The notes beneath the pieces were generated by a model. That model was not told the DNA's origin. It worked only from the letters and a program-made list of their open reading frames with translations, and searched no databases. Of a stretch of 64,000 nucleotides of DNA, positions 38,410-47,383 are shown one piece after another (position 1 is the first letter of the stretch; each line of letters opens with the position of its first letter). The translations under genes were made by a program, and so were the position numbers. The DNA lies in NCBI GenBank assembly GCA_017937505.1, contig JAGBDL010000162.1, positions 29 to 64,028 of the forward strand, in the 5' to 3' direction. The DNA is from Clostridia bacterium (GTDB lineage Bacteria > Bacillota > Clostridia > Christensenellales > Aristaeellaceae).

Positions 38410-38654
38410 AACCTGTTAGGTACAAAACCTTTCTCGCCGACCATGAGCGCGATATTTCTGTCGCAGATGGCGAGGCAGATATTTGATACGCAGAGTGTGC
38501 CCAAGTAATTAATGATCAGTAAGGCGAAGAACGAATGTTTGCTTCTTGGGTGATAATCAAATAGCGAGAATTATCTGGAATCAATCAGAGAATGATCACA
38601 AAATTGAAATTAGAAAAGGAAGAGCAGTAAATAAAAGGAAGGAAACATCAATTA

Positions 38655-38684
38655 TGGACAGAATTGTATTACTGGATGTATAAT
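38655..38684 (+). promoter_or_regulatory. candidate sigma-A promoter of the PHP-ATPase gene
   Basis: TGGACA (38655-38660), an 18-nt spacer, then TATAAT (38679-38684). Confidence 0.4.
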
Positions 38685-38741
38685 TAGGAAAAAGCGAGTT
38701 GCTCTTGTGTAATGTGTAACGATATAAAGGATGTGAAAGAC

Positions 38742-40865
38742 ATGAAAATCGATCTGCATTGCCATACAAAGAAGATTAAAAAGGGAGATCCGACTACGAG
38801 AAATGTGACTGCAGAATTGTTCAAAGAGAAGATTACCCGAGCAGATATCCGAATTGCGGCGATAACCAATCATAATCATTTTGATGTTGAACAATATAAG
38901 CAGTTAAGAGATTGCGTTGAAGAATGCTGCGACGTTTGGCCTGGAGTAGAACTTGATATAGTTGGCCAGTCACAAAAAAGAGGGCATTTGATTGTTGTAG
39001 CCAACCCTGATAATCTAGAACAGTTCAACTCTTCTGTCCGCGAACTAATTAATAATCAAGATGAGAATACTGTAGTATTCAGCCTTGATGAAGTTTACAA
39101 GAATCTTGATAAATGCGATGTAATATATATATTTCATTACAATAAAACGCCGAGCGTTGATGAGGAAGATATTGAAGAACTGCGTTCAAAGGTGTCGAAG
39201 AAGGCCAGGATATTTGGTGAACCGTCTAATCTGCGTTCATTGGGCGTATATGCCAATCTTGGTGGAAATGTAATTATGGGGAGTGATGTGAGAGATTGGA
39301 GTGATTATGAAAACAAAAATTTCTCTGAATTGAGACTTCCAGTATCATCGTTTGCCCAGTTCTGTAAACTGGCGGAGAAAGATGAAACAGTCGTCAATAC
39401 ACTTCTTGGCAGTAAAACGTATAATGAATACACCGCGAATCCGTATCCTGGGGTGAGCATTAAGATTCCACTATATAGGGATGTCAATATTATTTTTGGC
39501 CAAAAGGGAACTGGAAAGAGTGAAATACTGAAGTCTTTGATTAGTGTATTAAGGAATCAAGGAGTAAAATGTGAAACATACATCGGCGGCAATCGTGAAA
39601 CTCAGTTTGGAGAATTTCTTAAAACGAGCGATATGACTAGACTAAGCAGCAAAGTTGGCGTTGACGAATGCAGCAATGAGTTCAATTATATAATGAAGTT
39701 TCGCGAACACATGCCTACTCTGTTTAGCGACTATTTGGAATGGTATGAAACCAAGGATAATAGTAAAAACAAGCAGAGAATGAAGATCACGGAGGCACGA
39801 ATAACCCCGCAAAGAGACCCATCCATATACGATGAATATAAGGAGGAAAGTAAAACTAGCCAAGCAATTTGTGGAGCATTGTCAAAAATAAGGATTGAAG
39901 AATACTTTAGTGAAGAGGAGAGCGAGCAATTCAGAAAACTAGCGATGAAGCTCGTTAGCGCAACAAGAGAAGCTCAATTTGCTGAATTAGTTTTAAATGA
40001 ATCTGTCATGTTAGCGAATAAGAGCATTGAGACGATTAAGAATATAGCTGACAAGCATACCAACACTAAATCAAAACCATCTACAACAGGCTTCACGGAG
40101 TATACATGTGCTAGAATTCAACTGAAAAAATGTGTGGATAGAATCCTGAAAAGCATTGAAGCTGATGGGCAACATGAAAGAATGCTGATTGGAACAATAG
40201 AGAATAAGGGAAAGATATATATTCAGAGCACATATAAGATGCTTGATGCAAAGTCAAGAAGAGAAGAATTCAATATCGGAATTAATAAACTGAAGAGAGT
40301 CAAAGAGCTTCTGAAGGATTTGTCAAAGCAATGGTTTGCCAATGATATTTCTAGCGTGTTATCTGAGCTGAAAGAGATTTGCGACAAGGAGGGAATAGTA
40401 TCGACATCTAGTTTTCTAGGTCTGTCTAAACAGACCATACTAGAAAACGGTGAAGAGTATAATCCCTCTAGTGGCGAAAAATCAATTCTGTTGCTTCAAA
40501 AGGTTTTGAATACGGCAGCAGATGCTTATTTGTTAGACGAGCCTGAGTTGGGAATGGGGAATTCTTATATCGATTCGACAATTCGTCCGCAGTTAGTTGC
40601 ATTGGCAAAGCAGAGAAAGATTGTTGTTGTTGCTACCCACAATGCAAATCTTGCGGTAAGGACATTACCATATTGTTCTATTTTGAGAACGCATGATAGT
40701 GGAGTATATAGTACATATGTAGGAAATCCATTTAATGACCATCTGGTCAATATTCTTAATAAGGACGACATCAAAAGCTGGGCATTTGAGAGTATGCACA
40801 CATTAGAGGGTGGTCATGAGGCGTTCTACGAAAGGAAGGAAATATATGAGTCTGGTTCAGTATGA
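38742..40865 (+). CDS. PHP-domain phosphoesterase fused to an ABC/SMC-type ATPase
   Basis: PHP part: MKIDLHCHT, AITNHNHF, PGVELD. ATPase part: IIFGQKGTGKSEIL (Walker A), SSGEKSILLL (signature-like), AYLLDEPELGMG (Walker B), VVATHNANL. Confidence 0.75.
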   Translation: MKIDLHCHTKKIKKGDPTTRNVTAELFKEKITRADIRIAAITNHNHFDVEQYKQLRDCVEECCDVWPGVELDIVGQSQKRGHLIVVANPDNLEQFNSSVRELINNQDENTVVFSLDEVYKNLDKCDVIYIFHYNKTPSVDEEDIEELRSKVSKKARIFGEPSNLRSLGVYANLGGNVIMGSDVRDWSDYENKNFSELRLPVSSFAQFCKLAEKDETVVNTLLGSKTYNEYTANPYPGVSIKIPLYRDVNIIFGQKGTGKSEILKSLISVLRNQGVKCETYIGGNRETQFGEFLKTSDMTRLSSKVGVDECSNEFNYIMKFREHMPTLFSDYLEWYETKDNSKNKQRMKITEARITPQRDPSIYDEYKEESKTSQAICGALSKIRIEEYFSEEESEQFRKLAMKLVSATREAQFAELVLNESVMLANKSIETIKNIADKHTNTKSKPSTTGFTEYTCARIQLKKCVDRILKSIEADGQHERMLIGTIENKGKIYIQSTYKMLDAKSRREEFNIGINKLKRVKELLKDLSKQWFANDISSVLSELKEICDKEGIVSTSSFLGLSKQTILENGEEYNPSSGEKSILLLQKVLNTAADAYLLDEPELGMGNSYIDSTIRPQLVALAKQRKIVVVATHNANLAVRTLPYCSILRTHDSGVYSTYVGNPFNDHLVNILNKDDIKSWAFESMHTLEGGHEAFYERKEIYESGSV

Positions 40866-41163
40866 TGTGGTTTTGGAAGAAAGAGATGAAAAAGACATTC
40901 TTGTTTTCCAAATTGATCGTGATGAGTATCCAGATGGATTTGTTGTAAACCTAAATGAACCGACTGGGCAACAGGATTTTATGAATGTGTTTGCAATAAT
41001 TCTCAGACAGTTGGAAAAGGAAGAAATCGAGTTTAAGCTGAGAGTAGCAGATGGTTTTGATCGAACGCTCTATAAGGATGTATGTAAAGAGTATATTGAT
41101 AGTTTAAATGCAGAAATCAGGGATATGCGTGTAAAGATTAGTAATGAATTGGCTGTAAACTGA
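40846..41163 (+). CDS. small acidic hypothetical protein, translationally overlapping the PHP-ATPase gene
   Basis: ATG 40846 follows aaaggaagga and overlaps the upstream ORF by 20 nt. Same AT-rich composition as that ORF. Confidence 0.55.
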   Translation: MSLVQYDVVLEERDEKDILVFQIDRDEYPDGFVVNLNEPTGQQDFMNVFAIILRQLEKEEIEFKLRVADGFDRTLYKDVCKEYIDSLNAEIRDMRVKISNELAVN

Positions 41164-41196
41164 TTGCTGATTCCGAATCAGATAGTCGGCCTTCCC

Positions 41197-42519
41197 TTAT
41201 ATCTTTTCTCTCTTCTCCGCGTTCAGATACGGCACCACAACCTTCGCATGGAACACATCCCCTTCGACGCCGAACTCCGCTCTCCCCTCCGCGCGCTGGG
41301 CGATGGCCTCGATGCTGTGCAGCCCGATACCGTGCAGTCCCGGCTCGTCCTTCTTCTTGGAGGAGACAAAGCGGCCCTTGCTGGCGGTGATGGAGGATGG
41401 ATCGCAGGGATTCTCGCAGTAGATGTAAAACATGTTCCACGAGCGGGAGAAGGTCAGGTGGATGGTCGGATTGCGCGGACGGTCTGGAATGCGCTGAACA
41501 CCCTCGATGGCATTGTCGAGCAGGTTGCCGACGATGGAACAGAAGTCGGCTGTCGGGAGGGGCAGCTCCGCCAGCGGATACGGGGAATACTGAAACGCGA
41601 TCCCCTTCTCCCGCATGAGCCGGCGCTTGGCGGCCAGCAGCGCGTCCACGCCCGGATTGCCGGTGACGATCATTTCCTCGGCGTCGGTATCCTTCAGCAC
41701 CGTTTCCAGGTAGGCCTTGGCGGTGGATTCGCCGCTGCCGGTGACCAGCTCCTGCAGGGTTTGGAGGTGGTGCTTGTAATCGTGCTGGCGCTGTGTCAAA
41801 TCCTCGTACATCTGCGAAAGCTCCTGCTGATGCTGCCGGGTCAGGCTGAGCATGGCGATCTCGGTCTGATAGCGGTTCTTCCTGTCGGCATCCATGGAGA
41901 CCATGCGGAACAGGAGGACGGTCATCATCGTAAAGACAATCAGGCCGATGTAGGCCCAGAAGAACGGGACGATGGTTTCGTCGCTTACGTTCAAAAAGAG
42001 CGAATACAGGGATTCTTCCACGAGGAAGGCCGCCGACAGGGTGATCATGAACGCCGCATAGGAGGATGTTCCGGGCACGGAGCATCCTTTTTTGATTTGG
42101 ATCAGCAGCTTCAGCACGGCAAACAGGGCGATATTGGTCACGATGATACAGACAAACCGCTCTGCATGCACCGATGGAAACGGCACATGCGTGATCTGCG
42201 GCGGCAGCTCAAAGACGGGATAGGTCACCACCGAAATCAGGTTGAAGAGCAGCGCCATGACGATCAGCCAGTATACGATGGAGATTTTGCGCTCGGAGGA
42301 CAGCGTGAGCGCGTAGATAGCTGGAAAAACGAAGATGAGCTGATCGACAAACGGCTTGTGATGGAAAAGCAGGAAGGTGAGCAGGCCCGCGCACGAGAGC
42401 ACCAGCGCAGCGTCTGCGAGGGGATGCTTTTTTTCATAAGCAAAGCATTGCGTCACAAACATGAGGATGAGCAGGCCCTGCACGCAGTTGATGGCGATTT
42501 CAAACGCCGTCCAGACCAT
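41197..42519 (-). CDS. AgrC/ComD-like (HPK10) membrane sensor histidine kinase, GHKL ATPase
   Basis: N-terminal region has 6 or more TM helices. Then QHDYKHHLQTL (His box), GNLLDNAIEG (N box), GLHGIGLHSI (G box). ATG 42519 is preceded by gggaggggg. Confidence 0.85.
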   Translation of the reverse strand: MVWTAFEIAINCVQGLLILMFVTQCFAYEKKHPLADAALVLSCAGLLTFLLFHHKPFVDQLIFVFPAIYALTLSSERKISIVYWLIVMALLFNLISVVTYPVFELPPQITHVPFPSVHAERFVCIIVTNIALFAVLKLLIQIKKGCSVPGTSSYAAFMITLSAAFLVEESLYSLFLNVSDETIVPFFWAYIGLIVFTMMTVLLFRMVSMDADRKNRYQTEIAMLSLTRQHQQELSQMYEDLTQRQHDYKHHLQTLQELVTGSGESTAKAYLETVLKDTDAEEMIVTGNPGVDALLAAKRRLMREKGIAFQYSPYPLAELPLPTADFCSIVGNLLDNAIEGVQRIPDRPRNPTIHLTFSRSWNMFYIYCENPCDPSSITASKGRFVSSKKKDEPGLHGIGLHSIEAIAQRAEGRAEFGVEGDVFHAKVVVPYLNAEKREKI

Positions 42520-43276
42520 TTCTGAGTCCCCCTCCCTGATGATAGCGGTCAAACGCCTGGTTGATGTCGGTGACATACGTTCTGGAAATCGGTACGGATT
42601 CACCGTTTGACAGCAGGCACTCCGTCCGCGTGAGCGTCCGAACATGGGCGATGTTCACGATGTAGCTGCGGTGGCAGAGAACGAACAGGCTCTTGGGCAG
42701 GCTGCTCTCGATATCCGCCAGCCTGGCGTTGATGCGAATCGGCTCGTCGCTGAGCGTCGTAGAGAAATTCAGGCTGCGGCCTCTCGCCTCGATGTAGCGG
42801 ATTTCGATGTAGCGAAGCACATACCGCTTTCCGCCGGAAAAGAGGGTCAGGGCGTGATCGTTTCGGAGAATGAGCCGGTTGTACACATAGCTGCAGCAGT
42901 AGTTGATGTCCTCCTGCGAAACGAGCTTCTTGAGGTATCGCAGGGCATTGACGGTGTATCCCACAAAGACGTACTCGTTGTAGTTCGTGCAGAACACAAT
43001 CGTCATGTCCAGGCAGGCTTCGCGGATTCTGCGCGCCAGGTCAATGCCGCTCATCTCACCGGGAATCTGAATATCGACAAAGAGCAGATCAATTTCCGCC
43101 TCGTGCTCGATGGCCTCCAATACGTCCTCGGAGGATGAAAAGACGGAGAGCTCGACATCCGTATGCCCGCTGGCGCTCTGCCAGCGCTCAATCGCTTCCG
43201 CAATCGCCGTCTGATAGACCGTCTCATCTTCGCAAACCACGATTCTCAAGGCGCTTTCCTCCTTCTTCTGATTCAA
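42500..43276 (-). CDS. LytTR-family response regulator
   Basis: REC domain (IVVCEDE, LLFVDIQIPG) plus a LytTR DNA-binding domain (LCHRSYIVNIAHV). Confidence 0.9.
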   Translation of the reverse strand: MNQKKEESALRIVVCEDETVYQTAIAEAIERWQSASGHTDVELSVFSSSEDVLEAIEHEAEIDLLFVDIQIPGEMSGIDLARRIREACLDMTIVFCTNYNEYVFVGYTVNALRYLKKLVSQEDINYCCSYVYNRLILRNDHALTLFSGGKRYVLRYIEIRYIEARGRSLNFSTTLSDEPIRINARLADIESSLPKSLFVLCHRSYIVNIAHVRTLTRTECLLSNGESVPISRTYVTDINQAFDRYHQGGGLRNGLDGV

Positions 43277-43427
43277 GCTGACATGCTGCAGGCGGCATCA
43301 AAGGCCGCTGCTTTGCAGCAGAATGCATGCAACAACATACTAGCAGGGGCCTATCCCCTTGTCAATGATGACGTTCGGAGGCCCTGTTTTTTATCCCCTT
43401 TTTGATCAAAAAAGTGCTGGAACGAGG

Positions 43428-43466
43428 AAAAAGCTGCATTTCATGACAAAAAAGTTGCGTCTCATG
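43428..43466 (+). promoter_or_regulatory. pair of imperfect direct repeats with 21-bp phasing (candidate LytTR binding sites)
   Basis: aaaaagctgcatttcatg (43428-43445) and aaaaagttgcgtctcatg (43449-43466) match at 15/18 positions. A TAGAAT -10 lies at 43498-43503 with a poor -35. Confidence 0.4.
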
Positions 43467-43644
43467 CTTTTGGCCGCTTTTGGGTGCCGATTGACGCTAG
43501 AATAGGGGCGCGTAAACGTCCAGCCAGAAAACGAATGAAGGGAGGCGGCGAGGATTCTGGGCGAGGCAACAGGTGGTTTCCAATACTGGCTGACGTGCGC
43601 TCACAACTGTTTACAGAGAAAGAATGAAACAGGGAGGCATTTTC

Positions 43645-44955
43645 ATGAAAACAAGAATCACGATGCTACTTGCGCTGATGCTTATGCTGATCTGCTCCGC
43701 AGCATCCGCGCAGGAATATGTTTCGATTGCCGAGCTTTACGAGCAGACTCAGGCGATGGGCGGCGTCTGGCAGGAGACGTTTGACACGCCCAATGGCAAA
43801 ATGACGGTGGATGCACCGATCATTGTGCCGGATGTGGAGACGATGCCGGTGGTGACGGTGGAGAAGGCGAAGATCAGCGAAGAGCTGTTCAATCAGATTG
43901 CAAGCGGAAAAAAGTATGGGACGAAAAGAGCATTGAGTTACGAGACTGAACTGAATGGAGAACGCCTCGGATTCAATCTGGGAATCGAGAACAACGACGC
44001 CTTTGGCGAGGAGTCAGACAGCACAGGCTATGACGCATTTCAATTGACGTTTGTCTTTCATGGCATGTTCATGAACAGCCGGGACAACGGGAAGTGGAAG
44101 GGGACGATGCCCAGAGTGGGCTACTACGCATGGGAGCTCGACCCGGATTCCGCCTGTGTGCGAAACAGCGACATCACGCTCAACGAGGCCATGCGGCTTT
44201 GGCATGAGGATATTGCGCTGTGCTATCCGGACGAGCTGTTCGAGATTCGCCCGACGAAGATTGCGCTGCGCGGCTGTACGCTGAATCCTGAGTTGAAGTC
44301 GAAGGACAAACGGGATGGCTTGATTGTGGTCGAAGCGGCAGAGCAGCTGATTGGCGGCATCCCGCTGATGGGCGCGATTTCGTTAGGCGACTGCAATATC
44401 GCCGTCAGAACGCCGAAGGATGTGAGTGAAAGAAAAGAGAATGATAGGAAAGACAAGGAGATGAATCCGTACCGAAGGGGCTGTTACAGTGTGCTTGGGA
44501 TGGGTAAAGGCTTCTATGGCACCTTCAAGGACGAAAACAACTATCGGACGAGCAGCCAGTTGGCGCGCGTGCGCACAACAGAGTATGAGGATGTGCCGCT
44601 AGTGCCGCTCGACAGTGTGCTTGAAAGTGTACGGGAAAAGATTGAATCGGGCAATATCATCGGCCTGGATTCCATCAGGCTGGGCTATCTGCTTTATTCC
44701 AACCCGGATATGACGGACTACGCATGGGCGATTCCGCGTTGGGTTGTCGATGCGAGATATGTGACGAATGAAAACAGAGATGAGTATATGCTCAAGGATG
44801 TGCTTGATCCCGAGGAAGGATTGGCGAAGTGGGAAAACAATTATCAAGCCAGTATACCCGTCGATGTGCAGACGGGCGAGCTGATCATTTTTACGTATGG
44901 CGATGCGGAAACGTTCAGCGTGCCGGAAATGATGACGTGGGACAAGGTACAGTAA
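43645..44955 (+). CDS. secreted protein, paralogue 1 of 3 (unknown function)
   Basis: Signal peptide MKTRITMLLALMLMLICSAASA/QE. Shares the N-terminal block and the C-terminal motif ARVRT.EY.D.PL..LDSVLES.R..IE.GNI...S.RLGY.LYSNPDMTD.AWAIPRWVV with paralogue 2. Confidence 0.8.
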   Translation: MKTRITMLLALMLMLICSAASAQEYVSIAELYEQTQAMGGVWQETFDTPNGKMTVDAPIIVPDVETMPVVTVEKAKISEELFNQIASGKKYGTKRALSYETELNGERLGFNLGIENNDAFGEESDSTGYDAFQLTFVFHGMFMNSRDNGKWKGTMPRVGYYAWELDPDSACVRNSDITLNEAMRLWHEDIALCYPDELFEIRPTKIALRGCTLNPELKSKDKRDGLIVVEAAEQLIGGIPLMGAISLGDCNIAVRTPKDVSERKENDRKDKEMNPYRRGCYSVLGMGKGFYGTFKDENNYRTSSQLARVRTTEYEDVPLVPLDSVLESVREKIESGNIIGLDSIRLGYLLYSNPDMTDYAWAIPRWVVDARYVTNENRDEYMLKDVLDPEEGLAKWENNYQASIPVDVQTGELIIFTYGDAETFSVPEMMTWDKVQ

Positions 44956-44967
44956 GGAGGCATACGC

Positions 44968-46293
44968 ATGAAAACGAGAATCACGATTCTGCTTGCGCTG
45001 CTGCTCGCACTCGTCTGCGCCGCAGCATCCGCGCAGGAATATGTTTCGATTGCCGAGGTTTTCAAGCAGGCTCAGGCGATGGGCGGTGTCTGGCAGGAGA
45101 CGTTTGACACGCCCAATGGCAAAATGACGGTGGATGCACCGATCATTGTGCCGGATGTGGAGACGATGCCAGTGATGACGATGGAGGGAAGTAAGATCAG
45201 CGAGGACCTTTATCACCACATCATCAATGGCAAGAAGATTGGCGATAAAGCCGATGATATTCGTTACGAGGCTGAATTGGGTGGGAAAAGCAGCGAGTTT
45301 TTCCTTGGCCGCGAAAACGATTATGTCAACCAGAAAAAGACCAATATCGTTGGCTACGATGCGGTGGATATGCTGTGGATTCAGCACGGCATGTTCCGTT
45401 ACGGTTTATGGAATAGCGATGTTACCGAGTCAGAGCCAACGACCTATCATTTTCCGTGGGAGATCGACCCTGACCAGCCAAGCCTTCGCAACAGCAGTCT
45501 GACGCTCAACGAGGCGATGCGTCTTTGGAAGGAAGAACTCGACACATGCTTCCCGGAGGATGATTTCATCCTTCAGCCGAAAACGATAGCAGTCTACGGC
45601 TCAACGCTGACGGATAAGACGGGAAAGGGCAAGGCATATGAGAATACCGGTCACTATGAAATCTATGCGGAGCAGCTGATAGACGGTGTGCCGCTCTTGG
45701 GCGGCATCATGTACGACTTGGGTTTGTCGCCGTACAAATCGTTTTCGGAGACTAACCCGAAAACTGACATTTCCCGCACGGTTGAGAAGCTAAACAAAAA
45801 GTATGGCACGGGCGTGGCTTCAGTCCTCTCCTATTCTGGCATCAGGGCGTATTTTATGGATGAGGAAAGCTACGTCACATTCACCGATACGTTGGCTCGT
45901 GTACGCACCGTTGAATATGACGACATTCCGCTCGCCTCGCTTGACAGCGTATTGGAGAGTATCCGAAAGGAGATTGAGGCAGGCAACATCCGCCAGGTTC
46001 ATTCCGTGCGGCTGGGCTATGTGCTCTATTCCAATCCAGACATGACCGATCATGCGTGGGCTATTCCGCGCTGGGTGGTCAGCGCTCTGTATGTCACCCA
46101 GAAAAACCAGAAGGACTACGAGAGAGAGCAGCAACTCAATGCGAAGCATGGCTACGAGTATCCGCTGTGGGGAGAACTTTATTCAGCAGAGCTGCTTGTC
46201 GATGCGCAAAGCAGTGAAATGAACCTTTTCTATCTTGGGGATGACGAGGTTTACTCTGTCCCAAAGATCACCACCTGGGATAAAGTGAAATAA
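44968..46293 (+). CDS. secreted protein, paralogue 2 of 3
   Basis: Signal peptide MKTRITILLALLLALVCAAASA/QE. A 110-nt block (45071-45180) differs from 43748-43857 at a single base. Confidence 0.8.
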   Translation: MKTRITILLALLLALVCAAASAQEYVSIAEVFKQAQAMGGVWQETFDTPNGKMTVDAPIIVPDVETMPVMTMEGSKISEDLYHHIINGKKIGDKADDIRYEAELGGKSSEFFLGRENDYVNQKKTNIVGYDAVDMLWIQHGMFRYGLWNSDVTESEPTTYHFPWEIDPDQPSLRNSSLTLNEAMRLWKEELDTCFPEDDFILQPKTIAVYGSTLTDKTGKGKAYENTGHYEIYAEQLIDGVPLLGGIMYDLGLSPYKSFSETNPKTDISRTVEKLNKKYGTGVASVLSYSGIRAYFMDEESYVTFTDTLARVRTVEYDDIPLASLDSVLESIRKEIEAGNIRQVHSVRLGYVLYSNPDMTDHAWAIPRWVVSALYVTQKNQKDYEREQQLNAKHGYEYPLWGELYSAELLVDAQSSEMNLFYLGDDEVYSVPKITTWDKVK

Positions 46294-46305
46294 GGAGGCA
46301 TACGC

Positions 46306-47370
46306 ATGAAAACGAGAATCACGATTCTGCTTGCGCTGCTGCTCGCACTCGTCTGCGCCGCAGCATCCGCACAGGAATACTACACGCTGCCGGAGATTCG
46401 GGAGCAGGCAGCGCAGGGATGGCATGAGACGTACACGGACAAGTATGGCCGGATGCGGCAGGTGGATATCGACATCGAGGTGTTCGGAGAAGAAACCGCG
46501 CCGGTCATCAAGGCTTGTTGGGGAGAACCACTGCGGTACGATTTTCTAGGGATTGACCCTAGTTTCGCGGGCATCGAAGCGGCAGAGAAGGGAAAGGGAC
46601 GAACGATTCATCCTTATGAATATATTCGTGGCATGAGGGTGAATCTTGACCAAAAGTATGCTGAAGATTATGGAAATGACCTGACAGTTGGAGAAATGTA
46701 TGCGTTCATCCAAGAGCTTATGCGGGAACAGGGAATTGAACGGGAATATACATGGGAACAACCATATACTTTTAGCATAACATACAGTGCAAACAAGAAA
46801 ACGGGTGATGTGCTTGTTCCCGCATATTATTATGTGGATCTTTGGCAAGAAGAGTTCGGATTACCGATTTTGACGCATGTAGCAGATTCATTTAAACGGG
46901 ATATCAGTGGCCCGGTTGTAAAACCAAGTCTAGGTTTTAGTATGAGAGATTACAATGAGTATTCTGGATGGGTTATCGGTTTTGATGTGAAAGAAATCCT
47001 CGCGGAGGACATCCCGCTTTGTTCGGTGAACAAGGCGATCGAAGGCACGCGGAAGATGATTGAGGATGGCTATATTCAGCAAGTACTTTCCTTGCGGTTT
47101 GGATATGTCATCTACAGCAATCCCGATGAAGAATGGGGTAAGCAGAGATCTGCATACAACATGGATACATGGTATCTGATACCGTCATGGGTGATAGAGT
47201 GTTACATTCTGAGAGACCCAAAGGTGGATGAGCTGGGTGAAGCACCCTATATATGGGAATTAACCATCAACGCGCAGACAGGCGAGATGATGGATTACTT
47301 TGATACAAGCCTGTATGATCGTGGCGATCCACGATATAAGGGCTTCATCTCATGGGACGATGTACGCTAA
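46306..47370 (+). CDS. secreted protein, paralogue 3 of 3 (shorter, diverged)
   Basis: RBS plus signal-peptide DNA (46291-46370) is identical to 44953-45032. C-terminal motif is LRFGYVIYSNPDE...IPSWVIE...SWDDV. Confidence 0.75.
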   Translation: MKTRITILLALLLALVCAAASAQEYYTLPEIREQAAQGWHETYTDKYGRMRQVDIDIEVFGEETAPVIKACWGEPLRYDFLGIDPSFAGIEAAEKGKGRTIHPYEYIRGMRVNLDQKYAEDYGNDLTVGEMYAFIQELMREQGIEREYTWEQPYTFSITYSANKKTGDVLVPAYYYVDLWQEEFGLPILTHVADSFKRDISGPVVKPSLGFSMRDYNEYSGWVIGFDVKEILAEDIPLCSVNKAIEGTRKMIEDGYIQQVLSLRFGYVIYSNPDEEWGKQRSAYNMDTWYLIPSWVIECYILRDPKVDELGEAPYIWELTINAQTGEMMDYFDTSLYDRGDPRYKGFISWDDVR

Positions 47371-47383
47371 ACCGAACTGAAAG

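Noticed and set aside
41138-42525. ORFs 41138-42085(-) and 41164-42525(+), which overlap the histidine kinase gene
   Set aside because: The kinase frame (41197-42519, minus strand) has TM helices and H, N and G boxes. The alternatives are Arg/Gly/His-rich with no features.
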